Shown: one piece after another, positions 53,662-62,573 of the stretch
Position numbering within the stretch: position 1 is the stretch's first letter
Layout: each line of letters opens with the position of its first letter
Source of the DNA: Pseudomonadota bacterium
GTDB taxonomy: Archaea > Thermoplasmatota > SW-10-69-26 > JACQPN01 > JAJPHT01
Assembly: GCA_021325135.1 (NCBI GenBank)
Contig: JAJPHT010000039.1
Span: 99,493-163,492 of the forward strand
Reading direction: 5' to 3'
DNA length: 64,000 nucleotides
The notes under the pieces: generated by a model
Seen by the model: only the letters and a program-made list of their open reading frames with translations
Told to the model about the DNA's origin: nothing
Database searches by the model: none
Program-made: the position numbers and the translations under genes

Positions 53662-54459
53662 ATGCTGAGCTTCCGCGAGCGCCTGCACCAGACCGCGAAG
53701 CGCAACGACTCGTGGCTCTGCGTCGGCCTCGACCCCGATCTTTCCAAGCTCCCCGCCGCGGGCCCGGTCGCCGAGGAGGCGCGCCGCTTCCTCCTGGGCG
53801 TCATCGACGCGACGAAGGGCCTCGTGTGCGCCTACAAGCCCAACAGCGCGTTCTACGAGGCGCTGGGCGAGGACGGCCACGACGTCCTCTCCGACGTGTG
53901 CGCCCACGCGTCGCGCCACGCCCCCGTGATCCTCGACGCCAAGCGCGCCGACATCGGCAACACCGCCAAGGCCTACGCCAAGTGGGCCTTCGACGTGCTG
54001 CGCGCGGACGCCATCACCGTCGCCCCCTACATGGGCCGCGACTCGGTGGAGCCCTTCTTCGAGCGCCCCGAGCGCGGCTGCTTCGTCCTCGCGCGCACGA
54101 GCAACCCGGGCAGCGCGGACCTCCAGGCGCTCCGCCTCGACACGGGCGAGCACGTCTACGAGCGCACGGTGAAGCTCGCGCGCGGCTGGAACGTGCACGG
54201 CAACGTGGGCCTCGTGGCAGGCGCCACCGCGCCCGACGAGCTTCGCCGCATCCGCGAGCTTGCCGGCCCCGACATGCTCCTCCTCGTCCCGGGCGTCGGC
54301 GCCCAAGGCGGCAGCGCGGAGCACGCGATCCGCTTCGGCGCGAACGCCATGGGGGACAACGCCATCGTCAACGCCAGCCGCGCGGTCCTCTACGCGCCCG
54401 ACCCCGCCAAGGCGGCGGCCGACCTGCGCGCCGAGCTGAACCGCTTCCGCGCGCGCTAG
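53662..54459 (+). CDS. pyrF: orotidine-5'-phosphate decarboxylase (subfamily 2)
   Basis: Motifs LCVGLDP, YKPN.AFYE, LDAKRADIGNT, TSNPGS and PGVGAQGG; alternative start at 53599. Confidence 0.95.
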   Translation: MLSFRERLHQTAKRNDSWLCVGLDPDLSKLPAAGPVAEEARRFLLGVIDATKGLVCAYKPNSAFYEALGEDGHDVLSDVCAHASRHAPVILDAKRADIGNTAKAYAKWAFDVLRADAITVAPYMGRDSVEPFFERPERGCFVLARTSNPGSADLQALRLDTGEHVYERTVKLARGWNVHGNVGLVAGATAPDELRRIRELAGPDMLLLVPGVGAQGGSAEHAIRFGANAMGDNAIVNASRAVLYAPDPAKAAADLRAELNRFRAR

Positions 54460-54590
54460 AGCCGGACGCGCTGAAGCGCGATCCCCTTGTGCATCGACTC
54501 CTTGAGATGCGCCGCGACCTTCACCTGCATCGCCTCGGGCGACGCGGCCGCGAACGTCGTGCCGCACAACAGGCACCGAAGGCGATCCAT
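54456..54590 (-). CDS. 44 aa C2H2-type zinc microprotein (not in ORF track)
   Basis: MDRLRCLLCGTTFAAASPEAMQVKVAAHLKESMHKGIALQRVRL*. Confidence 0.6.
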   Translation of the reverse strand: MDRLRCLLCGTTFAAASPEAMQVKVAAHLKESMHKGIALQRVRL

Positions 54591-54613
54591 GAAGGTTCAG
54601 GCGCTTCAGGGGG

Positions 54614-55816
54614 TCAAAGGTTGCGCGAAGGGTCCGAAGGGCCCCTTCGGCTGACCACCTTCTCCAGGATCGAGACCGCCTCGTCCACCTCGTGCCCCGT
54701 CACCACGAGGGGCGGCGCGAGGCGCAGGACGTGGTCCCCGATGGCGTTGAGGAGGAGCCCCGCCTGCTCGGCGTCGGTCTTGACGGCCTTGGCGATGGGG
54801 GCCTCCAGCTCGACGCCCACGAGGAGGCCGAGGCCGCGCACCTCCTTGACGCCCGGCACGCGCGTCTTGACCTGGTCGCGCAGGTAGGCGCCGGTGACGT
54901 CGGCGTTCTCCACGAGGCGCTGCCGCTGGAGGACGTCCAGCGTGGCCAGGGCGGCCGCGGTGGCGAGGGGGTTGCCGCCGAACGTGCAGCCGTGGTCCCC
55001 CGGCGCGAGGAGCGCCGCTGAGCGGCTCGTGAAGAGGACGGCGCCCATGGGGACGCCCGACGCGATGCCCTTGGCCAGGGTGGTGATATCAGGGCGGACG
55101 CCGAAGTGCATCGAGGCGAGGAAGCGGCCCGTCCTGCCCACGCCGGTCTGCACCTCGTCGGCGACGAGGAGCGCGTCGTTCGCGGCGCAGAGGCGCTGGA
55201 CGGCCTGCACGAACTCGGGCTTGAGCGCGCGCACGCCGCCCTCGCCCTGCACGAACTCCAGGAAGACGCCCGCGACGGGCTGGCGCGCGAAGGCCATCTC
55301 CAGGGCGACGACGTCGTTCGCCGGGACGTGGACGATGCCCTCGGGGAGGGGCCCGAAGTCCTTCTGGTACTTGGGCTGGCCCGTGAGGCGGACCGTGGCC
55401 GTGGTGCGGCCGTGGAAGCTCTGCTCCAGCGCGATCACGACCGCCTCCGGCTTGCCCTTGGCGTGCGCGTGGCGGCGCACGGTCTTCAGCGCAAGCTCGT
55501 TGGCCTCGGCGCCGCTGTTGCAGAAGAAGACCTTCTCGTAGCCCGTGACCGCGGCGAGCCGCTCGGCGCAGCGGAGCACGTTCTCCGTCGCGTAGAGGTT
55601 GCTCACGTGGATGAGCCTCTCCGCCTGCTTCTGGATGGCGCGCACGACGTCGGGGTGCGAGTGGCCGGTGCTGCACACGGCGATGCCGGCGATGAAGTCG
55701 AGATATCGTTTTCCGGCCGCGTCGTAGAGGTGGCAGCCCTGGCCGCGGTCCATGACGAGGCCCGGCGTCGCGTAGGTGGGCGCCAGCGAGGTCTCCCATC
55801 GGCCCTTGAGGTCCAT
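54614..55816 (-). CDS. argD: acetylornithine aminotransferase
   Basis: Motifs NSGAEANE, FHGRT, DEVQTG.GRTG, AKG and TFGGNPLA; lies in the arg operon. Confidence 0.93.
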   Translation of the reverse strand: MDLKGRWETSLAPTYATPGLVMDRGQGCHLYDAAGKRYLDFIAGIAVCSTGHSHPDVVRAIQKQAERLIHVSNLYATENVLRCAERLAAVTGYEKVFFCNSGAEANELALKTVRRHAHAKGKPEAVVIALEQSFHGRTTATVRLTGQPKYQKDFGPLPEGIVHVPANDVVALEMAFARQPVAGVFLEFVQGEGGVRALKPEFVQAVQRLCAANDALLVADEVQTGVGRTGRFLASMHFGVRPDITTLAKGIASGVPMGAVLFTSRSAALLAPGDHGCTFGGNPLATAAALATLDVLQRQRLVENADVTGAYLRDQVKTRVPGVKEVRGLGLLVGVELEAPIAKAVKTDAEQAGLLLNAIGDHVLRLAPPLVVTGHEVDEAVSILEKVVSRRGPSDPSRNL

Positions 55817-55819
55817 CCT

Positions 55820-56590
55820 TCAGGCCTCCTGGAACAGCGTGCCGGCGTCGTGCCCCTCCGCGAGGAGGGAGAGGCCGGGCTCGTCGAGCACGCGCACGCG
55901 GGCCCCGCTGGCCAGGGCGTCAAGCGCGCCGCGGATCTTGGGGATCATGCCGCCGGTGGCGACGCCGCCCGAGATCAGCTCCTCGGCGCCCGCGCGGGTG
56001 AGCACGGGGACGGGCTTGCCGGTGGGCCCGCGCACGGCGGGCACGTCGGTGAGGAGCAGCAGGTCGCGGGCGCCGAGGCTGCGCGCGACGGCGCTGGCCA
56101 CCTCGTCGGCGTTGCAGTTGAGAGGCCCCTCGGCGTCCACGGCGATGGGGCCCACGACGGGCGTGACGCCGTTGAACGCCAGGTGGCGCAGGAGGTCCGC
56201 GTTGACCTCGGTCACGGTGCCGACGCGGCCCAGCGCGGGGTCCTTGACGACGCCCTGCGTGGTCTGCGCGTCGCGGCCCGTGAGGCTCACGGCGGGCGAG
56301 CCCGCGAGGGTGAGCGCGTGGGCCAGCGAGCGCCCGATCTGGCCGAAGACGGGCTCCGCGATCTCCAGCGTCTTCTCGTCGGTGACGCGCAGGCCGTTCA
56401 CGAAGCGCGCCTCGATGCCGGTGGCGGCGAGGGCACTCGTCACCTGGGCTCCGCCGCCGTGGACGACCACGAGGCGGCGGCCGGAGGCGCGCAGCGCGGA
56501 GAGGCGGGAGGCGAGCGCGGCGAGGCCCGAGGGGGTCTCGATGCTGCGCCCGCCGAGCTTGACGACGGTGATTCCGGGGTTGTGGGCCAT
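55820..56590 (-). CDS. argB: acetylglutamate kinase
   Basis: Motifs VVKLGG, VHGGG, GLRVTD, NCNAD and GGMIPK. Confidence 0.94.
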   Translation of the reverse strand: MAHNPGITVVKLGGRSIETPSGLAALASRLSALRASGRRLVVVHGGGAQVTSALAATGIEARFVNGLRVTDEKTLEIAEPVFGQIGRSLAHALTLAGSPAVSLTGRDAQTTQGVVKDPALGRVGTVTEVNADLLRHLAFNGVTPVVGPIAVDAEGPLNCNADEVASAVARSLGARDLLLLTDVPAVRGPTGKPVPVLTRAGAEELISGGVATGGMIPKIRGALDALASGARVRVLDEPGLSLLAEGHDAGTLFQEA

Positions 56591-56599
56591 GATATCAGA

Positions 56600-57832
56600 T
56601 CAGGTGGTGTAGTCGGCGTTGATCTTGACGTAGTCGTAGCTGAAGTCGCAGCCCCACGCGGTGGCGCTGTGCTCGCCGTCGTGGAGATCCACGGTGAAGA
56701 CGACGTGGTCCTTGTCCACGATGCGCCGCAGGCCGTCCTTGTCCAGCGTCTCGCACGGCTCGCCGGCCTTGAGGACCCAGGCGGCGCCGGCGGCGCTCTT
56801 GACCTGGATGTCCACCTTGGCGGGGTCGAACTCGGCGCCGCTGTACCCCACGGCCGCGAGGATGCGGCCCCAGTTGGGGTCGCGCCCGAAGACCGCGGTC
56901 TTGACCAGCGGGCTCTTGGTCACGCTGCGGGCCGCGAGGCGCGCGTCCTCCAGGCTGCGCGCGTTCTCGACGCGCACCTCCAGAAGGGTGGTCGCGCCCT
57001 CGCCGTCGCGGGCGATCTTCTTCGCCAGCGTCTCGCAGACGAGGTGGAGCGCCTCCTTGAGCTGGTGATAGCCCTTCGCGCGCGTGACGACGGGGTTGCC
57101 CGCCGCGCCGTTGGCGAGGACCGCGACCATGTCGTTGGTGGACGTGTCGCCGTCCACGCTGATCATGTTGAACGTCGCGTTCACGGCCTCGCGCAGCGCG
57201 GTCTGGAGCGCGTCGGCCTCGACGGCGGCGTCGGTGACGATCCACGAGAGCATGGTCGCCATGTTGGGGTGGATCATGCCGCTCCCCTTGGCGACGCCGC
57301 CCACGTGGACCACGGTGCCGTTGATCTCGGCCTCCACGAGCACCTCCTTGGGCACGAGGTCGGTGGTCATCATGGCGGCGGCGACGTTGCCCGGCTCGGC
57401 CGCGTCCAGCGTGCCGACGCAGTTCTTGATGCCCTCGCGCACGATGTCCATGGGCAGGTGGCGGCCGATGACGCCCGTCGAGGCGACGATGACCTCTTCG
57501 GGCTGGACGTTGAGGCAGCGAGCGGTGATCTCGGCCATCTCCAGCGCGTCGCGCATGCCCTGCTCGCCGGTGGCGGCGTTCGCGCAGCCGGCGTTGCACA
57601 CGATGGCGCGGGCGCGGCCGCTGCGCAGCGTGCGCTCGCTGACGATGACGGGCGCGGCGCGCACCTTGTTGGTGGTGAACACGCCCGCCGCGGTCGTGCC
57701 GGGCATCGTGCTGTAGATGACGCTGAGGTCCTTGCGCATCCGCTTGATGCCCGCGGGGTAGCCCTGGGCCTTGAAGCCCTTGACCTTGTGGATGCCGCCC
57801 TCGATGACGCGGGGCCCCACCGAGTGGACCAT
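56600..57832 (-). CDS. argJ: bifunctional glutamate N-acetyltransferase / ornithine acetyltransferase
   Basis: Motifs MMTTD, KGSGMIHPNMATML, DGDTSTND, DGEGAT and DPNWGRI. Confidence 0.97.
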   Translation of the reverse strand: MVHSVGPRVIEGGIHKVKGFKAQGYPAGIKRMRKDLSVIYSTMPGTTAAGVFTTNKVRAAPVIVSERTLRSGRARAIVCNAGCANAATGEQGMRDALEMAEITARCLNVQPEEVIVASTGVIGRHLPMDIVREGIKNCVGTLDAAEPGNVAAAMMTTDLVPKEVLVEAEINGTVVHVGGVAKGSGMIHPNMATMLSWIVTDAAVEADALQTALREAVNATFNMISVDGDTSTNDMVAVLANGAAGNPVVTRAKGYHQLKEALHLVCETLAKKIARDGEGATTLLEVRVENARSLEDARLAARSVTKSPLVKTAVFGRDPNWGRILAAVGYSGAEFDPAKVDIQVKSAAGAAWVLKAGEPCETLDKDGLRRIVDKDHVVFTVDLHDGEHSATAWGCDFSYDYVKINADYTT

Positions 57833-58849
57833 TCAGGGACCACCTCCGAGGACGGGGAGGCCCAGCGCGCGCTCGAAGCCGCTCATGAGGTTCATGTTCT
57901 CGATGGCCTGGCCCGCGCCGCCCTTGACGAGGTTGTCGATGGCGCTCGTGACGACGTACACGCTGCCGTTGACGTGGGGCTTGACGTGGGCGAGGTTCGT
58001 GTTGCGGACGTGCTTCGTGTCGGGCTCGAAATCGACGATCTTGGCGAAGGGCTCGTCCGCGTAGGCCTTCTGATAGCGTTCCGAAAGCTCGGCCGCGCTG
58101 AGGGCAGGGCCCCGGGCGACCGCGTAGGCGGTGGCGAGGATGCCGCGGTTCATGGGGACGACGTGCGGCGTGAAGGCGACGTTGACGCCCCAGCCGCCCG
58201 CGCCCGTGAGCGTCTCGGCGATCTCGGGCTGGTGGCGGTGCGTGCCCACCTTGTAGGCGCTGGCCGACTCGTTCTGCTCGGGGAAGTGGTGCGTCTCGCT
58301 GGGCTCCTTGCCGGCGCCGCTGATGCCGGAGACGGCGTCCACGATGAGGAGGGGCTCCACGAGGCGCTGCTGCACGAGGGGCAGGAGCGCGAGCGCGCTG
58401 GCCGTGGGGTAGCAGCCGGGGTTCGCGACGAGCCTGGCCGTGCGGATGCGGCCCGCGTTGACCTCGGGCAGGCCGTAGACCGCGCCCTGCGCGAGGGGCG
58501 CCGCGCCGTAGTGCTTGATGGAGGCGCCGGGGCTCAGGCGGTGGTCGCCGGAGAGGTCGACGACCTTGACGCCCGCCGCGAGGAGGTCGGGCGCCAGCGT
58601 GCGCGCGACGCCGCTGGGCGTGGCGGTGAAGACGAGGTCCAGGTCCGCCAGGTCCGCGGGCGCCATGCCCGTGAACTCCTGGGGGACGAGGTGCCCGAAG
58701 GTGGGGAAGGAGGAGGCCGCGGGCTTCCCCGCCTTGGTGGCGGAGGCCAGCTTCGCGACCTTGGCGTGGGGGTGCGCGAGGAGGTGGCGGAGAAGCTCGG
58801 TGCCCAGGTAGCCCGTGGCGCCGACGATGCCCACGCGGAGTTGGCTCAT
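57833..58849 (-). CDS. argC: N-acetyl-gamma-glutamyl-phosphate reductase
   Basis: Motifs GATGY.G.EL, ANPGCYPT, SGISGAG, HRHQPEI and IDNLVKG.AGQA. Confidence 0.97.
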   Translation of the reverse strand: MSQLRVGIVGATGYLGTELLRHLLAHPHAKVAKLASATKAGKPAASSFPTFGHLVPQEFTGMAPADLADLDLVFTATPSGVARTLAPDLLAAGVKVVDLSGDHRLSPGASIKHYGAAPLAQGAVYGLPEVNAGRIRTARLVANPGCYPTASALALLPLVQQRLVEPLLIVDAVSGISGAGKEPSETHHFPEQNESASAYKVGTHRHQPEIAETLTGAGGWGVNVAFTPHVVPMNRGILATAYAVARGPALSAAELSERYQKAYADEPFAKIVDFEPDTKHVRNTNLAHVKPHVNGSVYVVTSAIDNLVKGGAGQAIENMNLMSGFERALGLPVLGGGP

Positions 58850-58940
58850 GTCGGGCCCACTCTATGCGGTCGCGGGCTTCAGCGTGACGACGGATTTGGC
58901 GGCTCCCTGGTCACGCGTGTCCGATTCTGGTCAAGCCTGC

Positions 58941-59435
58941 CTAGGCCGACCAGCTCAGCGTGACCGAGCCCGAGGTGACGCCGCTGGCGACGAACTGGAC
59001 GACGCGGCAGGCGCCCGTGACGGGGAACGAGGCGATGGCGCCGCCGTACTGGCCCGACGCGTCGCCCTCGGCGCAGACCTGGGCGCCCGCGCTATCCGCG
59101 TCCACGAGGCGCCAGTGGAACGAGACGGGCACGAACCAGAGGTCGTCCTTGAGCTGGAGGATCGCGACAGCGCCCTCCTGCGCGGCGGGGATCTGGAAGT
59201 AGGAGCCGCAGCCGCCGACGCGGACCTGGGTGGGGTCGAAGCTGCCCGTGGGCGGGAGGCCCCAGCAGCCGAAGCCCGAGTCGCCCGCGAGGAAGACGCG
59301 GTCCATGTTGAGGAAGGCCTGGTCCTTCACGTAGTAGATCGTCTGGCTCCCCGCGGTCGCCGAGGCGGAGGGCATGAGGGCGAGGACGAGGAGCGGAGCG
59401 AGCAGAACGAGGGGGCGGACGTATCGCACAACCAT
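58941..59435 (-). CDS. secreted hypothetical protein
   Basis: Signal peptide (…ALMPSASA) plus a 4-Cys beta-rich domain ending in G..SGSVT. Confidence 0.7.
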   Translation of the reverse strand: MVVRYVRPLVLLAPLLVLALMPSASATAGSQTIYYVKDQAFLNMDRVFLAGDSGFGCWGLPPTGSFDPTQVRVGGCGSYFQIPAAQEGAVAILQLKDDLWFVPVSFHWRLVDADSAGAQVCAEGDASGQYGGAIASFPVTGACRVVQFVASGVTSGSVTLSWSA

Positions 59436-59559
59436 GGGTGGGAACCTCCCGAGCCGGCCTCAAAGATGGGCCGCGGCGGGCTTGAAGCTTCAGGCCCGCC
59501 GGTTTGCGTGGCCGGCGAGGGCGGGCAAGCGTCAAGCGCCCGGGACGCGTCGCCGTTCC

Positions 59560-59778
59560 GTGCGCGTCCACGCCACGCTCCACGGCTTCACGCCCAAGGA
59601 GCGCGAGCTGGACCTCGCCGAGGGCGCCGTGGCCGACGACGCGCCCCGCGCATGCGGCATCCGGCCTGAGCTGGTGCTGGTCTTCCGCGACGGGCGCCCC
59701 ATCGCGGGCGACGAGCCGCTGCGCGAGGGGGACCGCGTGCGCATCCTGCGCGTCGTGAGCGGCGGCGCCAGTCTTTAG
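59560..59778 (+). CDS. ubiquitin-like ThiS/MoaD/SAMP protein
   Basis: Beta-grasp pattern, L.EGD.V.I..VVSGG, followed by an ASL extension. Confidence 0.85.
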   Translation: MRVHATLHGFTPKERELDLAEGAVADDAPRACGIRPELVLVFRDGRPIAGDEPLREGDRVRILRVVSGGASL

Positions 59779-59801
59779 GCCGAGACGCGTCTCCCCAGGC
59801 G

Positions 59802-61799
59802 TTGGCGACCCTCGACTCCGAGATGCAGGCGCTGGCGGCGATCCTCACGGGAAGCTTCAGCCTCCTGCTCCTGGGCCAGTCCCGGGGCCGCCCGCCCGCG
59901 CGCTACCTGGGCGCGTTCCTGCTGCTCATCTCGCTCAACCAGGCCGCCGAGACGGCGCGGTCGCTGGCGTCCGACGCCGCGCAGGGGCTCCTCTGGTACC
60001 GCCTCGCGGACCTCGTGTCGTGCCTCGACCCCTTGGTGCTCCTCCTCTTCGCGGGCAGCCACCCCGCGCCCAACGCCCTCTCGCGGCCGCGCGTCCTCGT
60101 CCCCGCCGCGCTCGCCTCCTTTGCCCTGGCCGCCACGTCGGCCTTCCAGGCGCTCCCTTCGCCCGACCCCGCGACCCACGTCCACCCGCTGCTGCTCACC
60201 CTCTTCACGCTGGCCGCCTATGGCGTCGTCACCCTCTGGGCTCTCGCCCGCGTGCGCCAGGAGCCCGGCCGGGAGGACGCGCGCATGCTCTTCGCGGCGT
60301 GCGTCGTCCTCGCGCTCCCTGTCGTCATGCGCCTCTTCGACGAGGCCACCGTCTTCCCGCCCCAGTCCTTCACGCTGCGGCTCTGGGTGCACGTCGCGGG
60401 CGGCGCGGCCTTCCTCGCGGCGGCGGTGGCGCTGGCCCTCGCCGCGCGCCCCGCGATGGCGCCCCGCCCGGGGCTCCTCTGGGTCGCCCTCCTCGCGGCC
60501 GCCGCGATCCTCGTCCTGGGCAAGGCGAAGAACGTCGTCGAGATGCTCGGCGAGAGCGGAGCGACGCCGCAGATCCCCCTGGGGGGCCTCATCTACCTGG
60601 GGCGCGCCGCGACCTCGGTGCGCTGGCTTCTCGTGTGTGCGTTCGCGTCGGTCGCTCTCTTCTCGCAGGACGCGCTCCCCATGACGCTGCGGGCCCGGCG
60701 CCGCGCGGCGCGCGTGCTCATCGCGCTGACGCTCCTCGTGGGCGGCGCGGCCGCCGTGGCCTTCGCGCAGGTGTTCCTCCCCGGGGGCGCGCTGGAGGTC
60801 CCGCCGCAGGGGTGGCTCCTCCTCGTCGTTGCGGTCGCGCTCTCGCAGGGCTTTCGCGAAGGCGTGGACGCCGTGGCCGAGCGCTTCTACGGCGTGCCCC
60901 GCGTGGGAGACCGCGCCTCCGCGCACGCCATGTACGCGCGCGCCGTCTCGGCCTCGCTCCGGCGCGGGCGCGACCCCGCCCGCGACGCGGACGTGCAGCG
61001 CCTCCGCGAGGACCTGGGCATCGACGAGCCCACCGCCGCCCTGCTGGAGCGCGTCGCGGAGTCCGCCGAGGCGGGGCCCCTCGCCGTGGGCCAGACCGTG
61101 CTGGGGCGTTACAAGGTGGAGAGCCTCCTGGGGCGCGGCGGGGGCGGGCGCGCGTTCCTCGCCCGGGACGCGCTGCTCCAGCGCGACGTGGCGCTCAAGG
61201 AGGTGCCCGGCGCGGACGCCGCCGAGAGGGGCGTGCAGGAGGCGCGCGCCGCGGGGGCCCTCCACCACCCCAACGTCGTGACCGTGCACGACGTCCTGGC
61301 GCGCGGCGCGTTCACCGTCCTCGTCACCGAGCACTGCCGCGAGGGCTCGCTGGCCGACAAGGTCGAGCGCGACGGGCCGCTCCCGCACGACGAGGGCGCG
61401 CGCGTCCTGCGCGGCCTGCTGTCCGGGCTGGAGGCCGTGCACGCCCGGGGGATCGTGCATCGCGACCTCAAGCCGTCCAACGTCCTTCTCTCCGGGGGCG
61501 AGGCGAAGATCGGGGACTTCGGCATCGCGCGGCGCGCCCAGGAGGAGACGGTGGACGCCGCGGGCGGCTGGGAGGGCACGCCCGCCTACCTCGCGCCCGA
61601 GGTGCGCCGCGGCGGGCCCGCGACGCCGCGCTCCGACCTCTACGCGGTGGGCGTCCTCGCGCGGGCGTGCCTGCGCGCGCCGCTGTCGCCCGCGCTGGAG
61701 GCCGCGATCGTCCGCGCGACGCAGGAGGACCCCGCGGCGCGCTGGGCGTCGGCGGCGGAGATGCTCGCCGCCCTCGGCGAGACGCCTCAGGCCCAGTAG
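59802..61799 (+). CDS. polytopic membrane Ser/Thr protein kinase (Hanks type)
   Basis: About 11 hydrophobic segments, then GRGGGG, VALK, E(alphaC), HRDLKPSN, DFG, GTPAYLAPE and DLY. Confidence 0.93.
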   Translation: MATLDSEMQALAAILTGSFSLLLLGQSRGRPPARYLGAFLLLISLNQAAETARSLASDAAQGLLWYRLADLVSCLDPLVLLLFAGSHPAPNALSRPRVLVPAALASFALAATSAFQALPSPDPATHVHPLLLTLFTLAAYGVVTLWALARVRQEPGREDARMLFAACVVLALPVVMRLFDEATVFPPQSFTLRLWVHVAGGAAFLAAAVALALAARPAMAPRPGLLWVALLAAAAILVLGKAKNVVEMLGESGATPQIPLGGLIYLGRAATSVRWLLVCAFASVALFSQDALPMTLRARRRAARVLIALTLLVGGAAAVAFAQVFLPGGALEVPPQGWLLLVVAVALSQGFREGVDAVAERFYGVPRVGDRASAHAMYARAVSASLRRGRDPARDADVQRLREDLGIDEPTAALLERVAESAEAGPLAVGQTVLGRYKVESLLGRGGGGRAFLARDALLQRDVALKEVPGADAAERGVQEARAAGALHHPNVVTVHDVLARGAFTVLVTEHCREGSLADKVERDGPLPHDEGARVLRGLLSGLEAVHARGIVHRDLKPSNVLLSGGEAKIGDFGIARRAQEETVDAAGGWEGTPAYLAPEVRRGGPATPRSDLYAVGVLARACLRAPLSPALEAAIVRATQEDPAARWASAAEMLAALGETPQAQ

Positions 61800-62470
61800 A
61801 GCAGAAGGCTCCGCCCCACGCCGATGAGGTCGCCATGCGCGAGCCGCGCCGAGCCGCCCGGAGGCAGGCGCCGGAAGTTGTGGAACGTCCCGTTGCGGTT
61901 GGAGGGGCGGTCCTCGATCCAGTGCGCGCCCCGCGCCCAGCGCACGTAGGCATGCTCCGCGCTCACCGAGGGGTCGTACTCCAGGGAGACGTCCGCGTCG
62001 CGCCGCCGCCCCACGACCCACGTCGCCTCGGCGCCCTGGGGCGCCAGGTCGAACGCCGCGCCGTCCTCCGCTCCCTTCACGAGCACGAGGCGCGGGCCGC
62101 TTCCTCCCGCCGACCAGCCCGCGCCCTCCGCGACGGTGGGGCCCTCCGGCTCGACGGCGGGCCGCACGCGGGCCAGCGCGCGAAGCTCCTCCGAGAGGAG
62201 GAACATGCGCTGGTGGTTGGTGACGAACTCCACCGTGTCGCCGTAGTCGCGATGCACGTCGCGCACGCTCACGAGCCCCGCGTCGATGAGCACGTCCAGG
62301 TGGCGGCGGACGCCCTGCCGGGCCAGGGGGCGCTCGTGCCCGTCAGGCTCCGGGGAGCGGATCTCGATCTCGTTGAGCGCGGAAGGCCTGCGCAGCACGC
62401 GGATGATGCGCAGCCGCACCGGGCTCCCCAGGGCGGCCAGCGAGGCGGCGAGGGTGGACTCGGGGGGCAC
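61787..62470 (-). CDS. ArsR-like wHTH plus FHA domain regulator
   Basis: HTH pattern ALGSPVRLRII..L...RQGVRRHL..L..AGLV; FHA motifs VGR...DPSVSAEHA...D..SNRNGT; start inferred at GTG 62470. Confidence 0.88.
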   Translation of the reverse strand: MPPESTLAASLAALGSPVRLRIIRVLRRPSALNEIEIRSPEPDGHERPLARQGVRRHLDVLIDAGLVSVRDVHRDYGDTVEFVTNHQRMFLLSEELRALARVRPAVEPEGPTVAEGAGWSAGGSGPRLVLVKGAEDGAAFDLAPQGAEATWVVGRRRDADVSLEYDPSVSAEHAYVRWARGAHWIEDRPSNRNGTFHNFRRLPPGGSARLAHGDLIGVGRSLLLYWA

Positions 62471-62573
62471 GGGGCGAGGAGCGCGCCGCGGGGAGAAAAG
62501 GGCGCCCCTCCGATGGAAACACCCGTGTTGCCACGCCTTTTGTCCCTCTCGGCCCTCCTTGCGGCGGATCTCC

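Noticed and set aside
54614-58849. argCJBD as a novelty
   Set aside because: Ordinary acetylated-cycle arginine pathway known in several euryarchaeal lineages; argG elsewhere in the window is consistent with it
55106-58963. 1285 aa plus-strand ORF
   Set aside because: Antisense shadow of argCJBD
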